From assembly GCA_030690305.1 (NCBI GenBank), contig JAUYHB010000006.1:5668-69667 (forward strand): a stretch of 64,000 bases of DNA, read 5' to 3'. This document shows, piece after piece, positions 10,438 through 20,476 of the stretch. This DNA is from a bacterium. Lineage in GTDB: Bacteria > Patescibacteriota > Minisyncoccia > Phycocordibacterales > JAGLPS01. Under the pieces are notes generated by a model, which saw only the letters and a list, made by a program, of their open reading frames with translations, did not search any database and was not told the origin of the DNA. A program made the translations under genes and the position numbers. The first letter of the stretch is position 1. The number at the start of each line of letters is the position of its first letter.

Positions 10438-13400
10438 TGTTGTTTTGAGAATTATCCATCTTCTTCCCACCCTCTTTTGATGACTTCAAATCCACGTCAA
10501 GCGAGAGACCGCGCAAGTTGTTGAGAAGAACGTTGAAGGAGGCTGGCAGGTGCGGATCGGGAATCTTCTCACCTTTGACGATAGCGTCGAAAGCGGCCGA
10601 GCGACCGAGAATATCATCAGATTTTATCGTCAGCATTTCTCGCAAAGTGTAACCGGCGCCATGGCCAAGAAGCGCCCAAACTTCCATTTCTCCGAAACGC
10701 TGGCCTCCGCTTTGTGCTTTTCCTCCCAGAGGCTGCTGGGTAATAAGGGAGTACGGACCGATTGCGCGCATGTGGATTTTGTCTTCAACCATGTGATGAA
10801 GTTTCATAATGTACATAAAGCCCACGGCGATATCCTGACCGAATGTTTCTCCCGTGCGTCCGTCAAAAAGAGGCATTTTGCCGTTTTCTTTAAAGCCTGC
10901 GGTTTTCAATTCTTCCTTAATTTCTTCCGATGTGGCGCCTGCAAACGGAGGAACGATGGCTTGATAGTTGAGCGTATGCGCCGCAAGACCCAAATGCATT
11001 TCAAGGATCTGTCCAAGGTTCATACGGGAAGGCACACCAAGAGGAGTGAGAATAACGTCAATCGGAGTACCGTCGGCCATGTATGGCATATCTTCTTCGG
11101 GAAGAATTTTTGAAATAACGCCTTTATTTCCGTGTCGGCCGGCAAGCTTGTCACCGACTGACACGTTTCTCAACTGTGCGACTTCAATGTGAATTCTTTT
11201 TATGATTCCCGATTCAAGCTTGTCTCCTTTTTCGCGGGAGAACACTTGCACTTTGATAATGCGGCCGCGCTTCCCTCCTTCCACTCTCATTGAGGTATCT
11301 TTAACATCGCGCGCCTTTTCACCAAACAGGGACCGTAGGAGTCTTTCTTCGGGAGTAAGCTGGGTTTCGCCTTTTGGCGTAATCTTTCCCACCAATATGT
11401 CACCGGGATGGACTTCCGCTCCAACGCGGATAATGCCGTCCTCGGCAAGGTTTTTAAGTTTTGATTCACCGACGTTGGGGATATCGCATGTCGTTACTTC
11501 GGGACCGAGTTTCGTATCGCGAACGTTAACGACAAATTCTTCTATATGAATGCTTGAAAATTTACTGTTGCGGACAAGTCGTTCGGAAATAATAATGGCA
11601 TCTTCGTAGTTTGCCCCTGACCAGGACATGAAAGCGACAAGTACATTCTGGCCGAGTGCCAATTGTCCGCGGTCGGACGTCGATGTGTCCGCCAAAATAT
11701 CACCCTTTTTCACCTTATCTCCCAAATTAACGTTTGGTCGCTGGTGGAATGCGGTAAAACCGTTTGTTCGGGCGAAGTTGATGAGTGTGTATTCGGTTTC
11801 TTTTCCTTTGCTGTTTTTTACGGAAATTTTTCTTCCGCCTACATGAGTTACGGTTCCGTCTTCCTTGGCGATAATCACGCGGCCAGTATCAAGAACAGCT
11901 TTTCCTTCAACTCCAGTGGCAACAAGCGGAGCCTCCGGAACGATACAAGGCGTTGCTTGCTTCTGCATGTTTGAACCCATGAGAGAACGGTTTGCGTCGT
12001 CGTGTTCAAGAAAAGGAATACAGGATGTCGCCACGGAAAACGCTTGGTTTGTCGCGACGTCAATAAATGCCACCTTATCTTTTGAGGCAAGGTCAGGCTG
12101 ACCGTTGAGGCGCACTTCAATTTGGTCTTCAGTAAGATTACCGTTCTCGTCGTGTTTTGCCGCGGCATGGGCAATCGGATATTGTTCTTCCTCCAAAGCG
12201 TTAAGATAAACGATTTCTCCGGTAATTTTCCCGTCTTTAACTCTCACATACGGAGTTTCAATCATTCCGAATTCGTTCAAGCGTGCGTACATTGAGAGAC
12301 GCAAAATAAGACCGATGTTCGGACCTTCAGGGGTATGAATCGGACACAAGCGGCCATAGTGGGACGGATGAACGTCGCGCACCTCAAAGCCGGCGCGGGC
12401 ACGGGACAGTCCTCCGGGGCCCAGGGCCGAAAGCGTGCGAAGATGTTCGATTTCGGTAAGCGCGTTTTCCTGTTGCATGAATTGCGACAGCTGGTTCGTA
12501 GTGAAAAATTCTTTGATGCGCGCCTGCAAAGGTTTGGGACTGATGAATTGTATCGGCAACGTTACATCGGTTTCAATCGTCGACATTCTGTTTTGAATGT
12601 TTCGCTTTATCTGCGACATACCGACGCGGATTTTTTGCTGTAACAATTCTCCGACGTATCGGACACGGCGGGAACCGAGGTGGTCAATATCGTCTTCCGT
12701 CGCCTCGGGAGTGTTGTTGAGGGTAATGATTTGCCTGAGAATAGTCGTGATATCGTCGAGAGAAACCGTACGTCTGTTGAGTTGCTTTTCTTCAAGGCCT
12801 TTATTAAAACGCTGGTTGAAACGGAAGCGTCCGACGCGGGAAAGGTCGTAGCGCTCGTCGTTGAATATCGAATCAATGAATTCCTTGGCATTTTCGGCAG
12901 TGGCCAGGTCTCCGTCACGCAAACGCTTGTGCATTTCAATATAGGCGTCGTTTGCCGTCTTTGCGTGGTCTTTGGCGAGAGTTTTTTCAAGCACTTCTCT
13001 TTGCTCGTCGTTTTCGGCAAGAGCAAGAATATCTTTATCCGTAGCGGCACCCAATATACGCAAGAACGAGGTGGCCGGAAATTTTCTTTTTCTGTCGATG
13101 CGGATGTGCAAGACGCCGTCGGCATCGGATTCGATTTCAATCCACGCTCCACGGGAAGGGATGACTTTTGCACCAAATAATTTTCGTCCGCGAAGTTCTG
13201 CAGCGGTGAAAAAGACACCGAAAGAACGCGCGAGCTGGGGAACAATAACGCGTTCAATACCTGTGATGACAAACGTCCCGTGAGAAGTCATCAACGGAAA
13301 ATCCGCCATAAAAATTTCCTGCTCGCGGGTAGAACCGAGGATTTTGTTCGTGAGTTTTACTCTCGCCTTGAGGGGGGCTTCATAGGAGAGTTTCTGGTCT

Positions 13401-13684
13401 TTTGCATAATATTCGTCATATTTCGGAGCTCCGAGCTCAAATCCGGTAAAATCAAGCTGGAATTTCTTTTCGGAATAGTCCCGGATGGACGAAAACTCTT
13501 TAAAAACCTCTTTGAGGCCTTCTTTGACAAGCCAGTCAAACGACTGAACTTGCGACTCCACCAAATTGGGTGCTTCCGCAAGCGGAGCACTGAAACGGCT
13601 GAAGTATTTTTTCTTTTTTCCGGCGCCGGTAACGGCACTGGAAGAAGAAAGAAGCGGTACACGCGTGTTTTCTTGCATAGACAT
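10430..13684 (-). CDS. rpoB: DNA-directed RNA polymerase subunit beta.
   Basis: Conserved RpoB blocks are present, including GPGGLSRARAGFEVRDVHPSHYGR, NMQRQAVP-like and the C-terminal GGQRFGEMEVWAL. Confidence 0.95.
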   Translation of the reverse strand: MSMQENTRVPLLSSSSAVTGAGKKKKYFSRFSAPLAEAPNLVESQVQSFDWLVKEGLKEVFKEFSSIRDYSEKKFQLDFTGFELGAPKYDEYYAKDQKLSYEAPLKARVKLTNKILGSTREQEIFMADFPLMTSHGTFVITGIERVIVPQLARSFGVFFTAAELRGRKLFGAKVIPSRGAWIEIESDADGVLHIRIDRKRKFPATSFLRILGAATDKDILALAENDEQREVLEKTLAKDHAKTANDAYIEMHKRLRDGDLATAENAKEFIDSIFNDERYDLSRVGRFRFNQRFNKGLEEKQLNRRTVSLDDITTILRQIITLNNTPEATEDDIDHLGSRRVRYVGELLQQKIRVGMSQIKRNIQNRMSTIETDVTLPIQFISPKPLQARIKEFFTTNQLSQFMQQENALTEIEHLRTLSALGPGGLSRARAGFEVRDVHPSHYGRLCPIHTPEGPNIGLILRLSMYARLNEFGMIETPYVRVKDGKITGEIVYLNALEEEQYPIAHAAAKHDENGNLTEDQIEVRLNGQPDLASKDKVAFIDVATNQAFSVATSCIPFLEHDDANRSLMGSNMQKQATPCIVPEAPLVATGVEGKAVLDTGRVIIAKEDGTVTHVGGRKISVKNSKGKETEYTLINFARTNGFTAFHQRPNVNLGDKVKKGDILADTSTSDRGQLALGQNVLVAFMSWSGANYEDAIIISERLVRNSKFSSIHIEEFVVNVRDTKLGPEVTTCDIPNVGESKLKNLAEDGIIRVGAEVHPGDILVGKITPKGETQLTPEERLLRSLFGEKARDVKDTSMRVEGGKRGRIIKVQVFSREKGDKLESGIIKRIHIEVAQLRNVSVGDKLAGRHGNKGVISKILPEEDMPYMADGTPIDVILTPLGVPSRMNLGQILEMHLGLAAHTLNYQAIVPPFAGATSEEIKEELKTAGFKENGKMPLFDGRTGETFGQDIAVGFMYIMKLHHMVEDKIHMRAIGPYSLITQQPLGGKAQSGGQRFGEMEVWALLGHGAGYTLREMLTIKSDDILGRSAAFDAIVKGEKIPDPHLPASFNVLLNNLRGLSLDVDLKSSKEGGKKMDNSQNNNE

Positions 13685-13746
13685 TAATAAGTGACCTTAC
13701 CAATTATTAAAATGCGAACAAAACCTCTCTCCCAAAAACAAAAAAT

Positions 13747-13780
13747 GGCCTTTCTGTAAAGAAAGGTCTTATGTTTTTTG
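13747..13780 (-). terminator. Intrinsic terminator hairpin in the deaD to rpoB spacer, with U-tracts on both sides (bidirectional).
   Basis: The hairpin is ggcctttct-gtaaa-gaaaggtc, flanked by A-runs on the plus strand (T-runs on minus) and by a downstream T-run. Confidence 0.5.
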
Positions 13781-14145
13781 TTTATTTATGAATATAGATG
13801 AGGCAAGATTATTTTCTCCCGAAAACCCTCTCCCGCGAGTCGACGGCGCGAAAAGAAGCATCTCAAAGAAAAAACTAAGTTTCTAAGCCACTCTCTTTAG
13901 CCACAACCCAATCTTGCGAGTGTCAAGGGTAGAGTATATAGGAATATAAAAAAGAGTCAAGGAAGTTATGAACAGGTATCTGTTAGTCTCTTAAGAGGCA
14001 TCTTAGACACAGTCTTTGGTACTTCCTTGTTTTGATATATTTGTTCCCGCATTCGCACACCAAAATAGCCGTAGTCGAGGGTTTTTCCACCCAATGTCCG
14101 TCCACTTGGTACGTTTTTTTGCTCCTCTGGAGCAATTTTTTTGAA

Positions 14146-15399
14146 TTACTTCTTAAAATTTCTTTTTTCATGATTTCCTTCAACAAAAGTAAGGGCTTTG
14201 CCACGCTTGCCCGCTCTGCCTGTTCTGCCGATACGATGAACGTAATCGTCGTACGTTGCGGGCACATCAAAATTAATGACATGACTTACGCCTTCAATAT
14301 CGATTCCTCTGGCCGCAACGTCGGTTGCGACAAGCACTTGCACATGGTCACGTTTGAATAAATCGAGCGCTTTTTGGCGTCTTGTTTGATTTTTATTTCC
14401 GTGAATTGATTCTGCTTTGAATCCCCTTTCGACAAGAGTCTTGGCAAGTTTTTCAACACCGTGTTTTGTTTTCCCAAATACGAGCACCTTGTTGAATCCT
14501 TTTTGAACCAAAAGTTCCTGGAGAATTTCAATCTTGTTTCTTCCGCCGATGCTTACAATGTCCTGCTCGACGCTTTCGGGTGTTTCTTTTGTTTTTACGG
14601 AAATAGTTACGGGCTCTTTGAGAAATTCCTTGATAAGTTTCTTGATTTCTTCCGAAATAGTTGCCGAAAAGAAAAGCGTGTGACGAGTTGCGGGCATCCG
14701 GGAGAGCATATATCTCATGTCATTGATAAAGCCCATATCGAGCATTCGGTCAGCCTCGTCGAGAACAACGGTATCAAACAGCGCAAGTTTGATATTTCCT
14801 CTTTCTACAAGGTCTTTGAGACGTCCGGGCGTTCCAATGACGAAATTATTTTTGAGCCGAAGCTGACCCATTTGACGGCCGATGTTTGAGCCTCCGATGC
14901 ATGATACGGAGTAAATACCCAAACCTCTGGCAAAGTCCTTGAACTCCTGTTCTATCTGGAGAGCAAGTTCGCGTGTAGGAACAATGACAAGTACGTTCTC
15001 TTTCGGATTAAGAGATATTTTGTTGATAAGCGGGATGAGAAAAGCGGCGGTTTTGCCCGTTCCGGTGTTTGCAATACCGACAACATCTTCCCTTCTTAGG
15101 ATATGCGGGATAATTCTGTCTTGAATAGGAGTAGGTAGAACGTATCCTTTGGCGATAATATTTCCTTTTAGTTTTTCTCCCACAGCAAAATCCGCGAATT
15201 TGTGTTCGGGTACAAAATGAGGCGCGTCTTCGGTAATAACCGCTTTATTGATAAAACGCGAGATGTCTATGTTCTGTCCGTGTGACGCAAAACCTCCGCG
15301 TCGGGGACCTCGAGAGGCTCCTCTGAAACGGGGTCTGAAGGCACTTCGTCCACCAAAAGACTTTCTAGGGAAATTTCCTTTATACATATTTCGTATCAT
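14146..15399 (-). CDS. DEAD-box ATP-dependent RNA helicase with an N-terminal Arg/Gly-rich tail.
   Basis: It has a Q-motif, Walker A (NTGTGKT), VLDEADRMLDMGF, SAT and HRIGRTGRAG. The N-terminus contains RPRFRGASRGPRRGGF. Confidence 0.9.
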   Translation of the reverse strand: MIRNMYKGNFPRKSFGGRSAFRPRFRGASRGPRRGGFASHGQNIDISRFINKAVITEDAPHFVPEHKFADFAVGEKLKGNIIAKGYVLPTPIQDRIIPHILRREDVVGIANTGTGKTAAFLIPLINKISLNPKENVLVIVPTRELALQIEQEFKDFARGLGIYSVSCIGGSNIGRQMGQLRLKNNFVIGTPGRLKDLVERGNIKLALFDTVVLDEADRMLDMGFINDMRYMLSRMPATRHTLFFSATISEEIKKLIKEFLKEPVTISVKTKETPESVEQDIVSIGGRNKIEILQELLVQKGFNKVLVFGKTKHGVEKLAKTLVERGFKAESIHGNKNQTRRQKALDLFKRDHVQVLVATDVAARGIDIEGVSHVINFDVPATYDDYVHRIGRTGRAGKRGKALTFVEGNHEKRNFKK

Positions 15400-15614
15400 T
15401 GCTCCCGCTGTCAGTATTTCAAAAGGAAATTCCTCCTAAAACAAAAAACTAGTGAGAATAGTGACAGTCAGTATTCTATATAAAAAAACACATTTTGTCA
15501 AATCACGAGCGGAGATGTTATGGAACAGACATTTCCGATACTGGACACTGAAAATCTGGTCCTGTATAGTCCCCTACAGAAGCACGTTCCAAAAACATAA
15601 CAAAGGAGGTGAAT

Positions 15615-16160
15615 ATGCGTTTTGCGTATGGCTGGAGCCGATGGGTGTTTCTTGTCGGCAATGTTGCAATAAAAATACCGCGTTTAAGACCGCTTCATTG
15701 GATTTCCCGTTTCTTTTTCTGGAAATCTCAGGGAAAATTCACAGAACGGTTTGAGACGCACTTCAAGTGTAATCCCGTTGTAGGAGTATGGAGATACCTG
15801 TGCAACGGTATCATCGCAAACATTGTTGAGCACAGGATTTATCAAAAGCATCCTGACTTACCCATCGCCCCCACGCTCTTTTCTTTTCTCGGTCTTGTAA
15901 ATATTCAAGTCCGGGGAAAACCGCTAGCGGAAAGTTCTCTTCCCAATTGTCCGTTCAGAACCATCGCAAAATTGCATCCCCAATTTGTTGACTTGGCGGA
16001 TATAAGAAATTTTGCGGAGATAAACGGTAAAATTGTCCTTGTAGACTGCGGACCCCAGCACGGATTTCCAACTTTTGAGCAGATACTCCTGACATATAAG
16101 GAACAGGCGCCCGTTTTGTTTTTATCCGGGATAGAACTCCAAAAAAGCCCGCTGTTTTAA
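15615..16160 (+). CDS. Hypothetical protein with a minimal protein-kinase-like signature.
   Basis: A strong SD (aaaggagg) sits 6 nt upstream of the ATG. The protein has a VAIKIP motif (VAIK-like beta3 Lys) and LADIRNFAEINGKIVLVDCG, which resembles a catalytic loop plus a DFG-like motif. A terminator follows. Confidence 0.45.
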   Translation: MRFAYGWSRWVFLVGNVAIKIPRLRPLHWISRFFFWKSQGKFTERFETHFKCNPVVGVWRYLCNGIIANIVEHRIYQKHPDLPIAPTLFSFLGLVNIQVRGKPLAESSLPNCPFRTIAKLHPQFVDLADIRNFAEINGKIVLVDCGPQHGFPTFEQILLTYKEQAPVLFLSGIELQKSPLF

Positions 16161-16178
16161 ACAACGGGCTTTTTTTGT
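16143..16178 (+). terminator. Bidirectional intrinsic terminator.
   Basis: The hairpin is agcccg-ctgttttaaacaa-cgggct, flanked by A-runs and T-runs. It lies between convergent genes. Confidence 0.7.
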
Positions 16179-16189
16179 GCGTAATTCGG

Positions 16190-16960
16190 CTATCTGATGT
16201 TACCGATAGAGTTTTTTGCCGTATCGTGCTTTGTTTTCAAAACATTACTTATCGTCTGAAACTTTCCGGCCTGTACCTGAATGGAATTTTCCGCGGTTAC
16301 TTCAATACTTTCTTGCAAGTCGGCTTCGATTGATAACTCAGTGAGTTCCTCGGGAACATAGAAAAAGACGCGATACCAGGGGAATTTCACTTTCACTTTC
16401 GCATCGCTTGAAACGGACACGTTGGTTTTGATTGTTGTGGCAAAAATTCCCAAGAATTTTACAGGTTGTCTGTACTCAACTTCTATGTTGTCTTCGCTTA
16501 CAGTTGCAGATTCCATATTTTCATCCTGAAGAAGCACTCCGCGGGCAAAGTTTTCAAGGTCTTGGCCCGAAGTCAGTTCCACCCTTTCCTTGAGCTGTAA
16601 AAGAAATTCCTCTTTTTGCTTGGGGTCCCATCCTCGGACTTCTATGGCTCGCACACCGACTGATACTGACGTGGTGGATTGATTTGATGAACGCGACGCA
16701 AAATCAATGTCACTTTCATTGTTTTGAAATACCGAGTCGTCGTTTGATTTTTCGGATTCCGTTTCTGTTTCGTTTTCAAACTCCGATTTGCTGGAGACGG
16801 AGGTATTGGCGGATGCTCCGGCACCTGCTCCCGTGTTTGAGGTTTTGACTTGGACCGAACCTGTGCTTGAAACATCAAGCGTCTCCGCTTCCTTTGCCCC
16901 GACGGCACCGGTAAAAGCGACCAGAGATACGATTCCCAAAAATGCGACTAAGTTTTTCAT
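16190..16960 (-). CDS. Secreted acidic Ser/Thr-rich hypothetical protein.
   Basis: It has an N-terminal signal peptide (MKNLVAFLGIVSLVAFTGAVGA), a low-complexity acidic and Ser-rich N-terminal half, and a structured C-terminal half. Confidence 0.55.
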   Translation of the reverse strand: MKNLVAFLGIVSLVAFTGAVGAKEAETLDVSSTGSVQVKTSNTGAGAGASANTSVSSKSEFENETETESEKSNDDSVFQNNESDIDFASRSSNQSTTSVSVGVRAIEVRGWDPKQKEEFLLQLKERVELTSGQDLENFARGVLLQDENMESATVSEDNIEVEYRQPVKFLGIFATTIKTNVSVSSDAKVKVKFPWYRVFFYVPEELTELSIEADLQESIEVTAENSIQVQAGKFQTISNVLKTKHDTAKNSIGNIR

Positions 16961-16992
16961 ATTGTCCTTATATTATTTTTAAATTAATTTCT

Positions 16993-17139
16993 TTTAAAAT
17001 CCCCCCAAAGAAAAACAGAACCGATCGCGACCCAGAAAGCGACCATGAGCCAGTTTTGGGTCTGGACTGCTTGCACGGCTGCTACTCCGAAAAACAGAAC
17101 GAAGATGGTGAAGTTGGTTCCTAATTTTAAGTTTTTCAT
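16993..17139 (-). CDS. Possible small two-TM membrane peptide of 48 aa.
   Basis: The ORF MKNLKLGTNFTIFVLFFGVAAVQAVQTQNWLMVAFWVAIGSVFLWGDF lies in the spacer. It is strongly hydrophobic and has no recognisable SD. Confidence 0.25.
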
Positions 17140-17239
17140 ATCTTTTTATTTTAACATTTCTAAACAATGATGAGTACGACGAATCGTCTACGGATATTTG
17201 CCCAAAATTGTTTTCCCTAGCATACTGTTTCCAACTGCT

Positions 17240-18376
17240 ATGTTTGAATTCAAAATTCTTAAACGTTCCAAGAAGTCCCGCGCACGGCTCGGCGTCATCA
17301 AAACCCCTCACGGAGAAATAGAAACTCCGGCTTTTATTCCCGTGGCAACGCGCGCGACAGTGCGCACTCTTTCAAGCGACGAAGTGGAAGCGGTGCAATC
17401 CCCCGCTCTCATTTGCAATACATACCACCTCCACACAACTCCAGGAGAAAAAATCGTCAAAAAAGCGGGCGGACTGCATAAGTTCATGAATTGGAACAAA
17501 CCTTTAATGACGGATTCGGGAGGTTTCCAGGTATTTAGCCTTGGTTTCGGTTCCGACCACGGAATGGGGAAAATACTCAAGAACAAGCAAGATAAAACCC
17601 TTGCGGAAGGAACTCAGCCTCAGAAAGTGAAAATTACCGAGGACGGCGTGCACTTTCAATCATTTGTCGACGGAAGCTGGCTTTTCTTGGGACCTAAAGA
17701 ATCCGTAAAAATCCAGGAAGCGCTTGGCGCGGACATTATGTTCGCGTTCGACGAATGCCCTTCCCCGCTCGCAGACGAAAAATATATGCTCGAGTCGCTT
17801 GAAAAAACACATCGATGGGCACGAGTCTGCCTTGATGCGCGAACTTCCAAACAGGCACTGTACGGCATTGTGCAAGGCGGGGCGTTCAAGCACTTGCGCA
17901 CCAAAAGCGCGCGTCTTATCGGCGCTCTGCCATTCGAGGGTTTCGGCATCGGAGGCGAGTTCGGCTATAACAAGCAATCACTGAAGCGAATGATAAGCCA
18001 GGTTACTGACGAGCTTCCCGAGAACAAACCCAAACACGTCCTCGGCGTTGGACATCCCGAAGATTTTGAAATTGTGGCACTTGCGGGAGGAGACACGTTT
18101 GATTGCATTGCGCCCACTCACTACGCCCGCCGCGGTACGGTGTTTACATCTCAAGGAAAGCTGAATTTGAATAAAAAAACTCTCGCATTGCTCGACAAAC
18201 CCCTTGACCCGAAATGCAAATGCGATGTCTGTGTTTCTTACTCGCGCGGTTATATTTCACACCTTATTCGCTCACAGGAAATAACCGGCATGAAACTCGC
18301 CTCATACCATAACCTTTATTTCTTCAACAACCTCGCAAAAGAAGTCCGAAGACGTATCAAGAATGACGAATTGTAG
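17240..18376 (+). CDS. tgt: Queuine tRNA-ribosyltransferase (tRNA-guanine transglycosylase).
   Basis: It has MTDSGGFQVFSL, a catalytic Asp context, and a C-terminal zinc site (CKCDVCVSYSRGYISHL). Confidence 0.9.
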   Translation: MFEFKILKRSKKSRARLGVIKTPHGEIETPAFIPVATRATVRTLSSDEVEAVQSPALICNTYHLHTTPGEKIVKKAGGLHKFMNWNKPLMTDSGGFQVFSLGFGSDHGMGKILKNKQDKTLAEGTQPQKVKITEDGVHFQSFVDGSWLFLGPKESVKIQEALGADIMFAFDECPSPLADEKYMLESLEKTHRWARVCLDARTSKQALYGIVQGGAFKHLRTKSARLIGALPFEGFGIGGEFGYNKQSLKRMISQVTDELPENKPKHVLGVGHPEDFEIVALAGGDTFDCIAPTHYARRGTVFTSQGKLNLNKKTLALLDKPLDPKCKCDVCVSYSRGYISHLIRSQEITGMKLASYHNLYFFNNLAKEVRRRIKNDEL

Positions 18377-18384
18377 AACAAGAG

Positions 18385-19029
18385 TTACCCGATTCGTTTC
18401 CCGTAAAAATACACTGACACGGCATTCCCGAATATTTTTGAAAAAACCATCTCTTTTTGGCTTGAGAGCAACGTAAATCCTTGTTTAGTGAAAAAATCTC
18501 CCGCTTTGGCAGACATCGTCCGCAGATGCACGCCTTGTACTTTTTCCTTGGAAAGATAATCCAGGTAAGCGGCCATCAGTTTTGTTCCTGCGTCCCCTCC
18601 CCTAAAATTTTTATCAATATTTATGTGGAGCACTGCGGGATAGTCGGACAAGTTGGGAGCGCTATACCCGCCTTTGAGAGACACCAGGAGTGAAAGCCAA
18701 ATGAAAGAAGAGTTTTTCTTTTTAAAAAATGTTCCTCGTACGAGTGCTTGCATAAACAGCCGAGGGAAAATCCGCAGAAGGAGCGCCGTTTTCATAGCCG
18801 CGGTATCTTTCGCGCCCAAAAGATAGCCAATAACTTCTCCCTTATGCTCCGCTACGAAACAAGACTGCGGTTCATAGTCGGTAAAATAACGGCTCAAAAA
18901 ATCGGCAAGAACTCCCCTGTCTTCAAAAAATAATTCCGCCGGTTCTCCGATTGCCGCCGTATCGCACACAATACGCCGCACGGAAGGACGGTCTTCCTTT
19001 TTGTATTTCCTGACAACAACTCCTTCCAT
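18385..19029 (-). CDS. GNAT-family N-acetyltransferase.
   Basis: It has VIGYLLG, a motif A-like Q/RxxGxG/A (NFRGGDAGTKLMAAYLDYL), and the length and profile typical of a GNAT. Confidence 0.6.
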   Translation of the reverse strand: MEGVVVRKYKKEDRPSVRRIVCDTAAIGEPAELFFEDRGVLADFLSRYFTDYEPQSCFVAEHKGEVIGYLLGAKDTAAMKTALLLRIFPRLFMQALVRGTFFKKKNSSFIWLSLLVSLKGGYSAPNLSDYPAVLHINIDKNFRGGDAGTKLMAAYLDYLSKEKVQGVHLRTMSAKAGDFFTKQGFTLLSSQKEMVFSKIFGNAVSVYFYGKRIG

Positions 19030-19034
19030 ACAAA

Positions 19035-19340
19035 CTATCGAAGAGTGGAAAGCAAAAGTATGGCAATAAAGGCAGCCACGAAACAAGCAAAGAAACCGAT
19101 GGTTTTTATAAGAAAAAGCAGTGCTTCTTTCTTTTGACTTTCAAAATAGAGACGGAGCGGCTCGTAAGCGAACAAGAGTCCCATAACGGCAACCGAGAGA
19201 ACAAGGAGACTGAGCATAATCATGGGAATAAGAACACTTTCTTTCCCCCCATCAAACGGCGCGATTGCTCTGATAGTAAAAACGATAAGAATAATGTACA
19301 AGGCCGCAAGAGCGGCATTTTTAAACGGGTGCATGGTCAT
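19035..19340 (-). CDS. Small three-TM membrane protein, hypothetical.
   Basis: It has three hydrophobic helices and no recognisable motif. Confidence 0.4.
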   Translation of the reverse strand: MTMHPFKNAALAALYIILIVFTIRAIAPFDGGKESVLIPMIMLSLLVLSVAVMGLLFAYEPLRLYFESQKKEALLFLIKTIGFFACFVAAFIAILLLSTLR

Positions 19341-19441
19341 GGTTACATTTTATAATATTGTGTCTGTAAACAAAACCCGCCAGGTACGAAGTTTCGGCAC
19401 GGGATGCTATGATAAGATTTCGACTGATACGCACCTAAATT

Positions 19442-20452
19442 ATGATTAAATCGAGAAATGAGGGGGTGATAATAGAAAAATCCGACCTGGCCTTCGAACG
19501 CCAGGCTGTTCTTAACCCGGCCTATATTGAGGTTGACGGAGTAGGACATCTCTTTTACAGAGCCGTCAGCGACGAGAATGTTTCAACGATAGGTTATTGC
19601 CAGCTCAAAGGGAACAAGGTGGTCAAACGCCTTACCCATCCCCTGCTTGTCCCCGAACATGACTATGAAAAGCAAGGCTTGGAAGACCCGAGAATCGTCT
19701 GCCTTGGCGGAACCTATTACCTTTTCTATACGGCTTTTGACGGCAAGAATGCCGTGGTTGCGTATGCCACAAGTACCGACTTGGTCAGTTTTGAAAAACA
19801 TGGCGTCATTTCACCGCGCATAAATTACCAGGAAGTTATGAATTCCCTGCATGATTTTGAAAAAAGAGCACTATATCGGTCGTTTGCTGAAAGCACGGCC
19901 CAGATGCGGGGAACGGATGTTTTTTTGTGGGAAAAAGACAGCTTCATTTTTCCCAAAAAAATAGGTGGGAGATATGCCCTCGTTCACCGTGTCCTCCCCG
20001 GAATTCAGATAATTTACTTTGATAATTTTTCCGACTTGGTCGACAAATACTGGCAAGATTATTTCCCCAGTTTCAGCAAATCAATTCTCCTTGAGCCGGA
20101 ACAGGAAGATGAAATTTTTATCGGTGGCGGTTGCCCCCCGATTGAAACACCCGACGGCTGGCTTCTCATTTATCACACCGTAACAAAAAAGAACGGGGAG
20201 AAAGTTTATAGTGCTTCGGCCGCTTTGCTTGATCTTAATGACCCGCACAAAGTTTTAGGCCGCCTTAATGACCCGCTTTTTTCGCCCGAAGAGACATGGG
20301 AGCTCGTCGGAATGGTAAACAACGTCGTCTTTCCTACCGGAGCGACAGTGAGGAACGGCCGTCTGTATATTTTCTACGGTGCAGCCGATCAGGTTATCGC
20401 CTCCCGGTCCTTTGATTTGGCCGAACTCATCACCGAGTTGAAAAAACGCTGA
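19442..20452 (+). CDS. GH130-family (DUF377) glycosidase or glycoside phosphorylase-like beta-propeller protein.
   Basis: It has VLNPAYIEV, LEDPRIV, GGTYYLFYTAFDG and a C-terminal LYIFYGAADQVIASRS, typical of GH130/GH43-clan five-bladed propellers. Confidence 0.6.
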   Translation: MIKSRNEGVIIEKSDLAFERQAVLNPAYIEVDGVGHLFYRAVSDENVSTIGYCQLKGNKVVKRLTHPLLVPEHDYEKQGLEDPRIVCLGGTYYLFYTAFDGKNAVVAYATSTDLVSFEKHGVISPRINYQEVMNSLHDFEKRALYRSFAESTAQMRGTDVFLWEKDSFIFPKKIGGRYALVHRVLPGIQIIYFDNFSDLVDKYWQDYFPSFSKSILLEPEQEDEIFIGGGCPPIETPDGWLLIYHTVTKKNGEKVYSASAALLDLNDPHKVLGRLNDPLFSPEETWELVGMVNNVVFPTGATVRNGRLYIFYGAADQVIASRSFDLAELITELKKR

Positions 20453-20476
20453 GAACAAAGAGATTGCAAGATTTTT

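Noticed and set aside
12607-13272. A 221 aa minus-strand ORF, plus several 100 to 190 aa plus-strand ORFs across 10550 to 13687.
   Set aside because: All are alternative-frame or antisense ORFs inside rpoB, and none has an independent signal.
13780-13983. Possible ncRNA (tmRNA, RNase P or 6S) in the roughly 200-nt gap between the helicase region and the rpoB promoter.
   Set aside because: I looked for a tmRNA tag-reading frame or tRNA-like end, for RNase P conserved blocks (AGGAAAGUCC) and for SRP domain IV, and found none. It is more likely a 3' UTR plus the rpoB promoter and leader.
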